Shown one piece after another: positions 26,412 through 35,820 of a stretch of DNA of 64,000 nucleotides. The position numbers and the translations under genes are program-made. The stretch lies in the IMG/VR virus record IMGVR_UViG_3300028388_004019, positions 32,001-96,000 of that record. One strand, 5' to 3'. The stretch comes from a virus. The notes beneath the pieces were generated by a model, which saw only the letters and a program-made list of their open reading frames with translations, had not been told where the DNA came from and did not search any database. Position 1 is the stretch's first letter, and each line of letters begins with the position of its first letter.

Positions 26412-29400
26412 TTACCCACCACATGGGTGCTCTGCAGGTGATGTACACTCACTACAGTCGACATATACCTCACTAGGTCCACCTGTCCACAGATTACCAT
26501 TATTACCAATAAACTGACCGTTAATAACACCCAGTTTGGTCTCCGTACCAGTTGATGAGGTATAGAAACTGACACATTGGTCACTTATACCTGTTTGATT
26601 TTGTAAATATAATGTAGTTCTACCAGCAGTAATTGCTTGATTAATCTCACTTTGAAGTGTTGTAGTCACACTCAATGAATATGGAGTAGCTTCACCAGTT
26701 TCACAACACCCTGAGAAATATATGTCAACATAATTTGGTGTTTGTGTAATTGACGGAGTAACCGTATTTGTAGGTGTGACCGATGGAGTCACTGAGGCCG
26801 TCACAGTTTGAGTTGGTGTATTAGTAACAGTTTGAGTTGGTGTATTAGTTTGTGTTTGGGTCGGTGTATTAGTTTGTGTTTGGGTCGGTGTATTAGTTTG
26901 TGTTTGGGTTGGAGTAGAAGTGACTGTTTGTGTAGGTGTCTTAGTTTGTGTCATAGTATTTGTCGGAGTATTAGTTACAGTCTGTGTAATAGTTGGCGTC
27001 ACAGATAACGTAGGCGTCACTGTCGGTGTTGGTGTTTGACTCTGTGTAGGTGTTGGGGTAGGTGAAAGACAGTAACCTAAATTATTTATAGCATCTTCAA
27101 TCAGGTCCGCGTAGTACTGTGAACTACCTTGTCTTAATACATTGTAAGTATTATGTATTTCTGTTTTATCTGAAAGTCCATATATACCAGCATAATTTCC
27201 GAGACCCTCTTCAACCGCAATCAATAAGTTTTGGAAATTGATATGACTTTGATTTGTTCCAGAGACTTGGAAATACTCACCTCTTATATCATAACTATTA
27301 CTATCGATACGAGACCTTAGTCTCACAATATCGGAATCGAATGTAGACGTTCTGGTTGTAAAAATACCCCAATTACCATCTCCAGTATAATCAGTTTGGG
27401 CTTCATCTTGGAATACCATATTTAGACGCTTATCAACGGTAGGGTCATCGAAACTTAAACTCGATAAAAAGAAATAACCACGTTCATCAGATTTTTTGAA
27501 TTTAACACGTTTGTCGTATAAGTCTTCGTCATTATTATAGAACGGTAATAAAACAGGTTTAAGAAGTGTATTCACAGCAACAGATAAAGGTGGAATAGTT
27601 ACATCCATAGAACCCGATGAATCATAGTAAATATTAATTTCTGTCCCATCATCTATTGGGATACATGCCGGTGTTTCTGTAAGTGTAGGACTAATCGAAG
27701 GCGTAGGTGTTAGTGTTGCATTAGGTATGAAAATAAATTCTGTAAATACCTCCCCTTCTGTAGGTGTGACTGTAGGTGTAACTGTCGGAGTTGATGTATA
27801 TGTTGGACTCACAGAGATTGATGGTGTATTAGTTGGACTATTTGATATTGTAGGTGTGTTAGTTGGACTTACCGATATAGTTGGCGTGTTTGTAGGACTC
27901 ACTGAAATCGTAGGGGTATTTGTTGGTGTAGGTGTAGGACTCACATCAGGATTACTACAACAGTTGTTACATATTGTTGTCAATGTGTATGCGGATGATG
28001 GGTATTGTGGTGGGAATACTACAGTACCTTGTTGAGCACATATTCTCACAGTTTGAGGTACTCTATAAATAAATCCATGAGATTGTCTCACTGTCCCACA
28101 TAATGTTTCATCACACTCATCGTACCAATATTCAAATAGACCTTCATTACCTAACTTAGTAACAGTTATTTCATAAACACTACAATCATACAATACCCCT
28201 GATGGTGATGGAGTCACTGTATGTGTCGGAGTAACTGTTGGTGTCGAAGTTACTGTTGGGGTTTGAGTCGATGATGGTGTATAAGTTTGAGTTGGGGTTT
28301 GTGAACTACCAGGTGTTTGTGATACTGTGACTGTAGGTGTTAAAGTAGGTGACTGAGTCACAGTAACCGTTGGTGTTTGGGTTGACGCAGGGCTTGAAGT
28401 TATTGTCGGAGTCTGTGTTACTGTCGGAGTATTCGATGGTGTTGGAGTATTAGACGACGTTACAGTCACCGTTTGTGTTGGAGTGATTGTGGATGTCGGA
28501 GTAGATGTAGGAGTCCCACCAGGTGTCTCTGATGGTGTTACAGTCTGTGTTATGGTGGCTGTTGGTGTAAATGTTGGAGTGATACTTGATGTAATTGACG
28601 GAGTTACCGTTAAAGTAGGTGTTACCGATGCTGTTGTTGATGGTGTCAATGTCGGGGTAATAGACGGTGTTGCCGATGCGGTTGGAGTAAATGTTGAGGT
28701 TTGTGTTGGCGTATTTGTCTGTGTAACACCAGGAGTTTCAGAAGGAGTTACCGTCAATGTTGGTGTTTGTGTTGGGGTTTCACTGGCAGTAACCGTTGGA
28801 GTTACAGAACCTGTAGGTGTATTAGTATTTGTAACCGTTGGTGTTACCGAAGCAGTCGTAGATGGTGTTGGTGTAATCGAAGCTGTTGGAGTAACAGACG
28901 ATGTTGGAGTTACCGTTTGTGTTGGAGTATTAGATGGTGTTACCGTGACCGTTTGAGTAGGTGTATTAGTAGGTGTTGAACCTGGCGTTTCAGATGGAGT
29001 CACCGTTTGTGTCTGAGTAACCGTCGGAGTAATACTTGCCGTTAATGTTGGAGTTACTGATGCTGTTGGTGTATTCGTATTTGTAACCGTTGGAGTAACT
29101 GATGAAGTCACTGATGGTGTAGGTGTTACAGACGCTGTTTGAGTAACAGTAGATGTCGGAGTAACAGAAGATGTAGGGGTTACTGTTGACGTTTGAGTTA
29201 CAGTCTGAGTTGGTGTAGATGTTGGAGTTACTCCTGGTGTTTCTGATGGTGTTACCGTTTGTGTTTGAGTAACTGTTGGAGTCACACTCGAAGTCAATGT
29301 TGGAGTTACTGACGCAGTTGGAGTAATCGAAGCAGTCACTGTAGATGTAACTGACGGTGTTGGTGTATTTGACGTTGTTGGTGTTATTGTAGCAGTTGGA

Positions 29401-32400
29401 GTAACCGTTGAAGTCTGTGTTACCGTTTGTGTTGGGGTATTAGTCGGGGTCACCCCTGGTGTTTCAGAAGGAGTTACCGTCAATGTTGGTGTTTGTGTTG
29501 GGGTTTCACTGGCAGTCACTGTAGGTGTTACAGATGCCGTTGGTGTGATAGTAGATGTAATTGTCGCTGTTACTGATGGTGTCGGCGTATTTGATGTTGT
29601 TGGAGTAACAGACGCAGTAGGAGTAACTGATGATGTAGGTGTTACTGAAGCGGTTTGTGTAACCGTCGCAGTTGGCGTAGATGTCGGTGTAACCCCTGGT
29701 GTTTCAGAAGGTGTGACCGTTTGTGTTTGTGTCACTGTCGGTGTGATAGTAGCGGTCAATGTTGGTGTAACTGATGCCGTTGGAGTAACTGTTGAAGTAA
29801 TTGTTGCAGTCACTGATGGTGTCGGAGTTACAGAAGATGTTGGGGTAACCGATGCCGTCGGGGTAACAGAAGCTGTTGGTGTGACTGAACTTGTTGGAGT
29901 ATTAGTCGGAGTAGAAACAGGTGTTTCAGAAGGTGTAACAGTTTGTGTTTGAGTAACAGTTGGAGTTACACTTGAAGTTACTGTCGGCGTTACTGATGCA
30001 GTTGGAGTAACACTTGCAGTGATTGTAGCAGTCACAGACGGTGTTGGAGTATTTGATGTTGTAGGAGTAACGGAGGCCGTTGGAGTTACTGACGATGTCG
30101 GAGTAACAGACGCAGTTTGTGTTACCGTTTGAGTCGGTGTAGATGTTGGAGTTACCCCTGGAGTCTCAGATGGTGTTACCGTTTGAGTCTGAGTAACCGT
30201 CGGTGTAATAGTTGCCGTTACCGTTGGTGTAATAGAAGCGGTAGGAGTAACAGATGATGTAACTGTCGCAGTAACTGATGGGGTTGGAGTATTTGACGTT
30301 GTAGGTGTAACCGATGCTGTTGGTGTAACTGATGAAGTAGGAGTATTAGAAGGTGTTACCGTAACTGTAGAAGTTGGTGTAGATGTCGGAGTAACACCTG
30401 GCGTTTCAGAAGGAGTTACAGTTTGTGTTGGCGTGAATGTTGGTGTAACTGTAGCAGTTACGGTCGGTGTAATACTTGCCGTTGGTGTTACACTCGCAGT
30501 TATAGTTGCAGTTACCGATGGTGTTACTGTTTGAGTAGGAGTTACTGATGCAGTTGGTGTAACTGATGAAGTAGGAGTTACTGAAGCCGTCACCGTTTGA
30601 GTTGGTGTGATTGATGCAGTTGGTGTCACACTAGCAGTCGGCGTTACAGATGAAGTAGGAGTATTTGTTTGTGTTACCGCAGGTGTTTCAGATGGTGTTA
30701 CCGTTTGAGTCGGTGTGTTAGTTGGTGTCTCACTTGCCGTCAATGTTGGTGTAACAGACGCCGTTGGTGTTACCGATGCCGTTACAGTAGCAGTAACCGA
30801 AGGTGTCGGAGTATTTGTAGGTGTTTCAGTAGGTGTTGGAGTTACCGATGATGTAGGCGTTACACTTGCAGTTGGAGTAACCGAAGCGGTAACCGTTTGT
30901 GTTGGTGTGATAGTTGCCGTTTGAGTAACAGTTGAAGTTGGAGTATTAGTTGGCGTACTTACAGGTGTTGACGAAGCAGTAACAGTTTGTGTCGGTGTAA
31001 ATGTTGGAGTCACGGTAGAAGTGACCGTTGGAGTTATAGACGCAGTAGGAGTTACCGATGCAGTAACAGTTTGAGTAACTGTTTGAGTAGGTGTGTTTGT
31101 CGGAGTTAACGATGCTGTTGGAGTAACTGAAGATGTTGGAGTAACACTTGATGTTGGAGTAACCGAAGCAGTAACCGTTTGAGTTGGAGTAATAGTTGAC
31201 GTTTGAGTTACCGTTTGTGTTGGAGTGTTAGTTGGGGTAATTGATGGTGTCTCAGATGGAGTAACCGTCTGAGTAGGCGTAAATGTCGGAGTAACCGTGG
31301 CAGTTACCGTTGGAGTAATAGACGCAGTTGGTGTAACTGAAGCAGTAACAGTTTGTGTAACAGTCTGAGTTGGGGTATTTGTCGGTGTAATACTTGCAGT
31401 TGGAGTGACCGAACTTGTAGGTGTTACTGATGATGTTGGCGTAACCGAAGCCGTAACCGTTTGAGTTGGGGTAATAGTTGCAGTCGGTGTCAATGTAGAC
31501 GTAGGAGTATTCGTAGGTGTCACTGCTGGTGTAGAAGAAGCTGTTACCGTTTGTGTCGGAGTAAAGGTTGGAGTCACCGTTGAAGTAACAGTTGGAGTAA
31601 TAGACGCAGTAGGTGTTACCGATGCAGTAACCGTTTGAGTCACTGTTTGTGTTGGCGTATTTGTAGGTGTCAACGAGGCAGTTGGTGTAACCGAAGCAGT
31701 TGGTGTTATTGATGATGTTGGAGTAACCGAAGCAGTTACCGTTTGAGTCGGAGTTATAGTTGCAGTTTGTGTAACTGTTGATGTTGGGGTATTAGTTGGA
31801 GTAACTGCGGGGGTTGAAGAAGCAGTGACAGTTTGTGTTGGCGTAAATGTCGGAGTGACCGTGGCAGTTACCGTTGGTGTGATAGTTGCAGTTGGTGTAA
31901 ATGTTGGAGTAACCGTAGCCGTAACTGTTGGTGTTATTGAGGCAGTTGGTGTTACACTAGCGGTTGGAGTAACTGAAGATGTAGGCGTTACCGAAGCTGT
32001 CACTGTTTGTGTCGGGGTAATTGTAGCAGTTGGAGTAACTGAAGATGTTGGAGTGACTGATGATGTCGGAGTATTAGTCGGAGTGACCTCAGGCGTTGAA
32101 GATGCCGTCACAGTCTGTGTAGGGGTAAATGTTGGAGTAACCGTGGCAGTTACAGTCGGTGTAATACTTGCAGTCGGTGTTACCGACGCAGTAACAGTTT
32201 GAGTGACAGAGGCAGTTGGAGTAACCGACGCAGTAGATGTCACCGTTTGTGTTGGTGTATATGTCGGAGTAACTGAAGGTGTCGGTGTTACCGACGCAGT
32301 TGGTGTTGGTGTTGGAGTCGGAGCAATGAATATAACCTCAACGGGACATGTACACGCACTCGTATTAACATCAGTAATACCCCAAGTACTAATAGTCTCA

Positions 32401-35400
32401 CCCGGAGGTAAAATGGAATTAAAATTATATTCAATTTGATGTTCATTAACCGGCATCGTTCTCACACCTGAATATGTGAATCCTGAACTACCTGTCATGA
32501 AACCTGATATCTCATAATCACATAGTGATTCTGCAGGGTCCGTTAATGCAGCATCATTCCAAAGATTAATTCTAATCTTATCACCCTGGACAATGTAACC
32601 AGCAATATACTGTGTTGTCTGTGGACATGTTGCCGATGGAGTTACCGTCTGTGTTGGAGTAATCGATGCAGTTGGAGTAATTGATGATGTCGGCGTTACA
32701 GATGCAGTCGGGGTAACCGTTTGAGTAACTGAGGCGGTTGGTGTAACACTTGCAGTCACTGTTTGTGTCGGAGTAATTGTTGCGGTTGGCGTTACTGACG
32801 ATGTTGGTGTTACAGAAGATGTTGGCGTATTAGTTGGAGTCACTGCAGGAGTTGAAGATGCAGTAACCGTTTGTGTCGGGGTAAATGTCGGAGTGACCGT
32901 GGCAGTTACCGTTGGTGTTATTGATGCAGTAGGGGTAAACGTAGGTGTTACGGTCGCAGTTACTGACGGGGTAATAGATGCCGTAGGTGTTACTGATGCA
33001 GTTGGTGTAACAGAACTTGTAGGTGTATTAGTTGGAGTAACAGTATTAGATGGTGTTACGGTATTGGTCGGAGTCACACTTGCGGTTGGTGTGACAGAAG
33101 ATGTTGGAGTATTAGTTGGTGTAACTGCAGGGGTTGAAGAAGCAGTTACTGTTTGTGTCGGAGTAACCGTCGCAGTCCTTGTAGGTGTAACCGTTGGCGT
33201 TACTGATGATGTAGGTGTAAATGTCGGGGTAACAGTTGCGGTTCTTGTCGGCGTTACCGATGGAGTAACTGTTGATGTTGCAGTTACAGACGGAGTCGGA
33301 GTAACACTTGCGGTTGGTGTTACCGATGATGTCGGAGTGTTTGTAGGAGTAACACTCGAAGTTGGTGTAACTGAAGAAGTCGGCGTATTTGTTGGAGTTA
33401 CAGTATTAGAAGGGGTAACCGTATTTGTTGGAGTCACACTCGCAGTTGGAGTAACCGACGATGTCGGTGTATTTGTGGGTGTTACCTGAGCAGTCTGTGT
33501 AGGTGTATGTGTTGGTGTTACAGTAGATGTCGCAGTTACCGATGGTGTTGGAGTAACAGATGAAGTTGGAGTTACAGAAGCAGTAGGAGTATTTGTAGGT
33601 GTTACCGTATTAGTTGGAGTAACCGATGCGGTTGGTGTTACTGATGATGTTGGTGTATTTGTCGGAGTAACACTTGCCGTTGGGGTGACAGTAGAAGTCG
33701 CAGTAACCGAAGGTGTTGGTGTATTTGATGAAGTCGGTGTATTAGTTGGAGTTACCGCTGCCGTTTGTGATGGTGTCACAGATGCAGTTGGAGTATATGT
33801 TGGAGTAACAGTCGCAGTCCTTGTTGGCGTAACAGTTGGAGTAACTGAAGACGTTGGTGTAAATGTTGGTGTAACCGTATTAGATGGAGTAACAGTATTC
33901 GATGGTGTAACTGATGATGTAGGAGTATTTGTAGGTGTAACCGTATTAGATGGAGTAACAGTATTCGATGGTGTAACTGATGATGTAGGAGTATTTGTAG
34001 GGGTAACAGTATTTGACGGAGTTACAGTATTTGTTGGAGTATACGAAGGTGTTACCGTATTTGTTGGGGTAACCGATGCAGTTGGCGTAACTGAACTGGT
34101 TGGTGTATTCGTAGGCGTAACAGTATTTGTTGGAGTATACGAAGGTGTTACCGTATTTGTTGGGGTAACCGATGCAGTTGGCGTAGCAGTTCTTGTCGGT
34201 GTCCTTGTAGGACTTACCGATATCGAAGGAGTAACTGAAGGAGTAACCGTCGCGGTTCTGGTCGGTGTTCTAGTAGGACTTACTGAAATAGAAGGCGTAA
34301 CCGTTGCAGTTCTCGTAGGGGTCCTTGTAGGTGTTCTAGTAGGACTAACCGAAATAGAAGGCGTAACCGTTGCAGTTCTGGTCGGTGTACGTGTTGGTGT
34401 TGGTGTAGGTGATGGACATGACGGACACTCCCCATAACCACAAATACTCTCAATCCAGTTTGGTGCAGGTATAAATAAATCAGGAATACCAGTACTCGTA
34501 GATGTTATCTGATAACACGCATTATTACCAAATGGATTAATAACACCATCACCCTGAAATAATACCGTACCTGATGTTGTTGACGCAATGAAAGTATCAT
34601 TAGAGTCACAACAATTAACCATTAAATACTTATCAACAGCTGGTGTTGAAGTCGGTGTCGGAGTACGAGTTGGAGTACTCGTTGGAGTTCTTGTTGGAGT
34701 TCTTGTTGGTGTACGAGTTGGTGTCGGTGGTATTGTCGTAGGTGTAGGAGTAGGTGTCGGCGTTACAGGTGTGTCACCACAACATTCTGTACATGTTTGA
34801 TATGCAGTTGCACTACAAGTCTCCACAGGTTCACAATCAGGAACAATACCTTCAACAAAGTAACAACAACCATCACAGTTATCTAACTTAACAACTTGAC
34901 CAGCATTTGGACATGGACTTATATTAAGGGATACAAATTGACCAGAGTATTGATAGTTACATGTTCCACAAGCTTCTGGGTCAATATCAATACAAGGGAT
35001 AAGGAATGCACAACAGGTTTGATTAAGATTCATTATATCATAACCAACACCAGGTTCCATACCAGGTTCATAAGGTGTTGGAGTACCCTCACCCTCACAT
35101 TCTTCACAATTATTAAATGTCTGTACTACACTACCAATAAAACTAATATTAGCTTCTGAACAATTTTCAGCACATGAACCTGACCTGAAAACCTCCCAAC
35201 AAACATTAATATTATCAACAAAAGCCTGACCTACTTGAAGATTATAAACATTTTGTATACAGGCAACAGAACTTCTCGTCCTACAATCTCTAATACAAAC
35301 ATAACCTACATTGTGAACAATATACCCATCTAAGATATAGTAATTAGGACCACTAAGAGAAAGGTTATAGATTGGGTCGAAAGAATATACAATCTCTTTG

Positions 35401-35774
35401 GATTCAACAGGTTCGTGAATAACCTCACCGTCAACCATTTTAACCATATCGTATTCACCCCCAACAACTAAACTTATGGTGGAAACAAATTGATATTTTT
35501 CTTTGGTTTTGTGGTACGCTAATACGTGTTCATCAATAACACCCAACCCATTAATCTGAAGGTAATTACCCGATTCTTCTAATATCTCGGTAACCTCAGG
35601 AGATTGGACATTATCAACATTAATGGTAGGAAATTGGACCTCACGGAAGTCAACGCCGTTAACAATTTCAGGTATATCAAAAGAAAACAGTTGGTCCCCT
35701 AATTGAATATCTTCAATATTCTTTACGGAACCATCTGATAATAATACTTTCTGTCCTAACTTATAACCTGCCAT
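26412..35774 (-). CDS. giant (3120 aa) mucin-like Thr/Pro-repeat protein with N-terminal Hint domain, Cys-rich modules and a vWA-like domain
   Basis: Uninterrupted 9.4-kb ORF. Hint blocks in aa 1-155, about 2000 aa of TPTxSx hexads, and a YYDSSGSM MIDAS-like motif. Confidence 0.9.
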   Translation of the reverse strand: MAGYKLGQKVLLSDGSVKNIEDIQLGDQLFSFDIPEIVNGVDFREVQFPTINVDNVQSPEVTEILEESGNYLQINGLGVIDEHVLAYHKTKEKYQFVSTISLVVGGEYDMVKMVDGEVIHEPVESKEIVYSFDPIYNLSLSGPNYYILDGYIVHNVGYVCIRDCRTRSSVACIQNVYNLQVGQAFVDNINVCWEVFRSGSCAENCSEANISFIGSVVQTFNNCEECEGEGTPTPYEPGMEPGVGYDIMNLNQTCCAFLIPCIDIDPEACGTCNYQYSGQFVSLNISPCPNAGQVVKLDNCDGCCYFVEGIVPDCEPVETCSATAYQTCTECCGDTPVTPTPTPTPTTIPPTPTRTPTRTPTRTPTSTPTRTPTPTSTPAVDKYLMVNCCDSNDTFIASTTSGTVLFQGDGVINPFGNNACYQITSTSTGIPDLFIPAPNWIESICGYGECPSCPSPTPTPTRTPTRTATVTPSISVSPTRTPTRTPTRTATVTPSISVSPTRTPTRTATVTPSVTPSISVSPTRTPTRTATPTASVTPTNTVTPSYTPTNTVTPTNTPTSSVTPTASVTPTNTVTPSYTPTNTVTPSNTVTPTNTPTSSVTPSNTVTPSNTVTPTNTPTSSVTPSNTVTPSNTVTPTFTPTSSVTPTVTPTRTATVTPTYTPTASVTPSQTAAVTPTNTPTSSNTPTPSVTATSTVTPTASVTPTNTPTSSVTPTASVTPTNTVTPTNTPTASVTPTSSVTPTPSVTATSTVTPTHTPTQTAQVTPTNTPTSSVTPTASVTPTNTVTPSNTVTPTNTPTSSVTPTSSVTPTNTPTSSVTPTASVTPTPSVTATSTVTPSVTPTRTATVTPTFTPTSSVTPTVTPTRTATVTPTQTVTASSTPAVTPTNTPTSSVTPTASVTPTNTVTPSNTVTPTNTPTSSVTPTASVTPTASITPSVTATVTPTFTPTASITPTVTATVTPTFTPTQTVTASSTPAVTPTNTPTSSVTPTSSVTPTATITPTQTVTASVTPTASVTQTVTPTASVTPTSSITPTASITPTQTVTPSATCPQTTQYIAGYIVQGDKIRINLWNDAALTDPAESLCDYEISGFMTGSSGFTYSGVRTMPVNEHQIEYNFNSILPPGETISTWGITDVNTSACTCPVEVIFIAPTPTPTPTASVTPTPSVTPTYTPTQTVTSTASVTPTASVTQTVTASVTPTASITPTVTATVTPTFTPTQTVTASSTPEVTPTNTPTSSVTPTSSVTPTATITPTQTVTASVTPTSSVTPTASVTPTASITPTVTATVTPTFTPTATITPTVTATVTPTFTPTQTVTASSTPAVTPTNTPTSTVTQTATITPTQTVTASVTPTSSITPTASVTPTASLTPTNTPTQTVTQTVTASVTPTASITPTVTSTVTPTFTPTQTVTASSTPAVTPTNTPTSTLTPTATITPTQTVTASVTPTSSVTPTSSVTPTASITPTNTPTQTVTQTVTASVTPTASITPTVTATVTPTFTPTQTVTPSETPSITPTNTPTQTVTQTSTITPTQTVTASVTPTSSVTPTSSVTPTASLTPTNTPTQTVTQTVTASVTPTASITPTVTSTVTPTFTPTQTVTASSTPVSTPTNTPTSTVTQTATITPTQTVTASVTPTASVTPTSSVTPTPTETPTNTPTPSVTATVTASVTPTASVTPTLTASETPTNTPTQTVTPSETPAVTQTNTPTSSVTPTASVTPTASITPTQTVTASVTPTSSVTPTASVTPTQTVTPSVTATITASVTPTASITPTVTATVTPTFTPTQTVTPSETPGVTPTSTPTSTVTVTPSNTPTSSVTPTASVTPTTSNTPTPSVTATVTSSVTPTASITPTVTATITPTVTQTQTVTPSETPGVTPTSTPTQTVTQTASVTPTSSVTPTASVTPTTSNTPTPSVTATITASVTPTASVTPTVTSSVTPTVTQTQTVTPSETPVSTPTNTPTSSVTPTASVTPTASVTPTSSVTPTPSVTATITSTVTPTASVTPTLTATITPTVTQTQTVTPSETPGVTPTSTPTATVTQTASVTPTSSVTPTASVTPTTSNTPTPSVTATITSTITPTASVTPTVTASETPTQTPTLTVTPSETPGVTPTNTPTQTVTQTSTVTPTATITPTTSNTPTPSVTSTVTASITPTASVTPTLTSSVTPTVTQTQTVTPSETPGVTPTSTPTQTVTQTSTVTPTSSVTPTSTVTQTASVTPTPSVTSSVTPTVTNTNTPTASVTPTLTASITPTVTQTQTVTPSETPGSTPTNTPTQTVTVTPSNTPTQTVTPTSSVTPTASITPTPSTTASVTPTVTNTNTPTGSVTPTVTASETPTQTPTLTVTPSETPGVTQTNTPTQTSTFTPTASATPSITPTLTPSTTASVTPTLTVTPSITSSITPTFTPTATITQTVTPSETPGGTPTSTPTSTITPTQTVTVTSSNTPTPSNTPTVTQTPTITSSPASTQTPTVTVTQSPTLTPTVTVSQTPGSSQTPTQTYTPSSTQTPTVTSTPTVTPTHTVTPSPSGVLYDCSVYEITVTKLGNEGLFEYWYDECDETLCGTVRQSHGFIYRVPQTVRICAQQGTVVFPPQYPSSAYTLTTICNNCCSNPDVSPTPTPTNTPTISVSPTNTPTISVSPTNTPTISNSPTNTPSISVSPTYTSTPTVTPTVTPTEGEVFTEFIFIPNATLTPTPSISPTLTETPACIPIDDGTEINIYYDSSGSMDVTIPPLSVAVNTLLKPVLLPFYNNDEDLYDKRVKFKKSDERGYFFLSSLSFDDPTVDKRLNMVFQDEAQTDYTGDGNWGIFTTRTSTFDSDIVRLRSRIDSNSYDIRGEYFQVSGTNQSHINFQNLLIAVEEGLGNYAGIYGLSDKTEIHNTYNVLRQGSSQYYADLIEDAINNLGYCLSPTPTPTQSQTPTPTVTPTLSVTPTITQTVTNTPTNTMTQTKTPTQTVTSTPTQTQTNTPTQTQTNTPTQTQTNTPTQTVTNTPTQTVTASVTPSVTPTNTVTPSITQTPNYVDIYFSGCCETGEATPYSLSVTTTLQSEINQAITAGRTTLYLQNQTGISDQCVSFYTSSTGTETKLGVINGQFIGNNGNLWTGGPSEVYVDCSECTSPAEHPCGG
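33868..33999. repeat. exact 66-bp tandem duplication inside the giant mucin-like gene
   Basis: ggtgtaaccgtattagatggagtaacagtattcgatggtgtaactgatgatgtaggagtatttgta occurs twice in tandem. Confidence 0.85.
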
Positions 35775-35793
35775 TTACTGATACACTTAACCT

Positions 35794-35800
35794 ATAAATA
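35794..35800 (-). promoter_or_regulatory. putative late-promoter motif TATTTAT
   Basis: In the 46-nt gap upstream of the giant ORF's start. Confidence 0.5.
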
Positions 35801-35820
35801 ATCGGTTAACCCCTTTTGTA

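Noticed and set aside
28200-34770. Repetitive DNA that might be a CRISPR array or satellite
   Set aside because: The repeats are degenerate at third codon positions and lie in one open frame; there is no constant repeat with unique spacers.
26808-34800. Many long plus-strand Val/Gly-rich ORFs (also at 43070-48384 and 51224-52933)
   Set aside because: They are antisense shadows of Thr/Pro/Ser-rich codons (ACN/CCN read as NGT/NGG); they have no independent start signals or domains.
35310-35774. Canonical splicing intein
   Set aside because: There is no N-extein, no Cys/Ser at position 1, Val at +1 and no homing endonuclease; kept only as a cleavage-type Hint domain.
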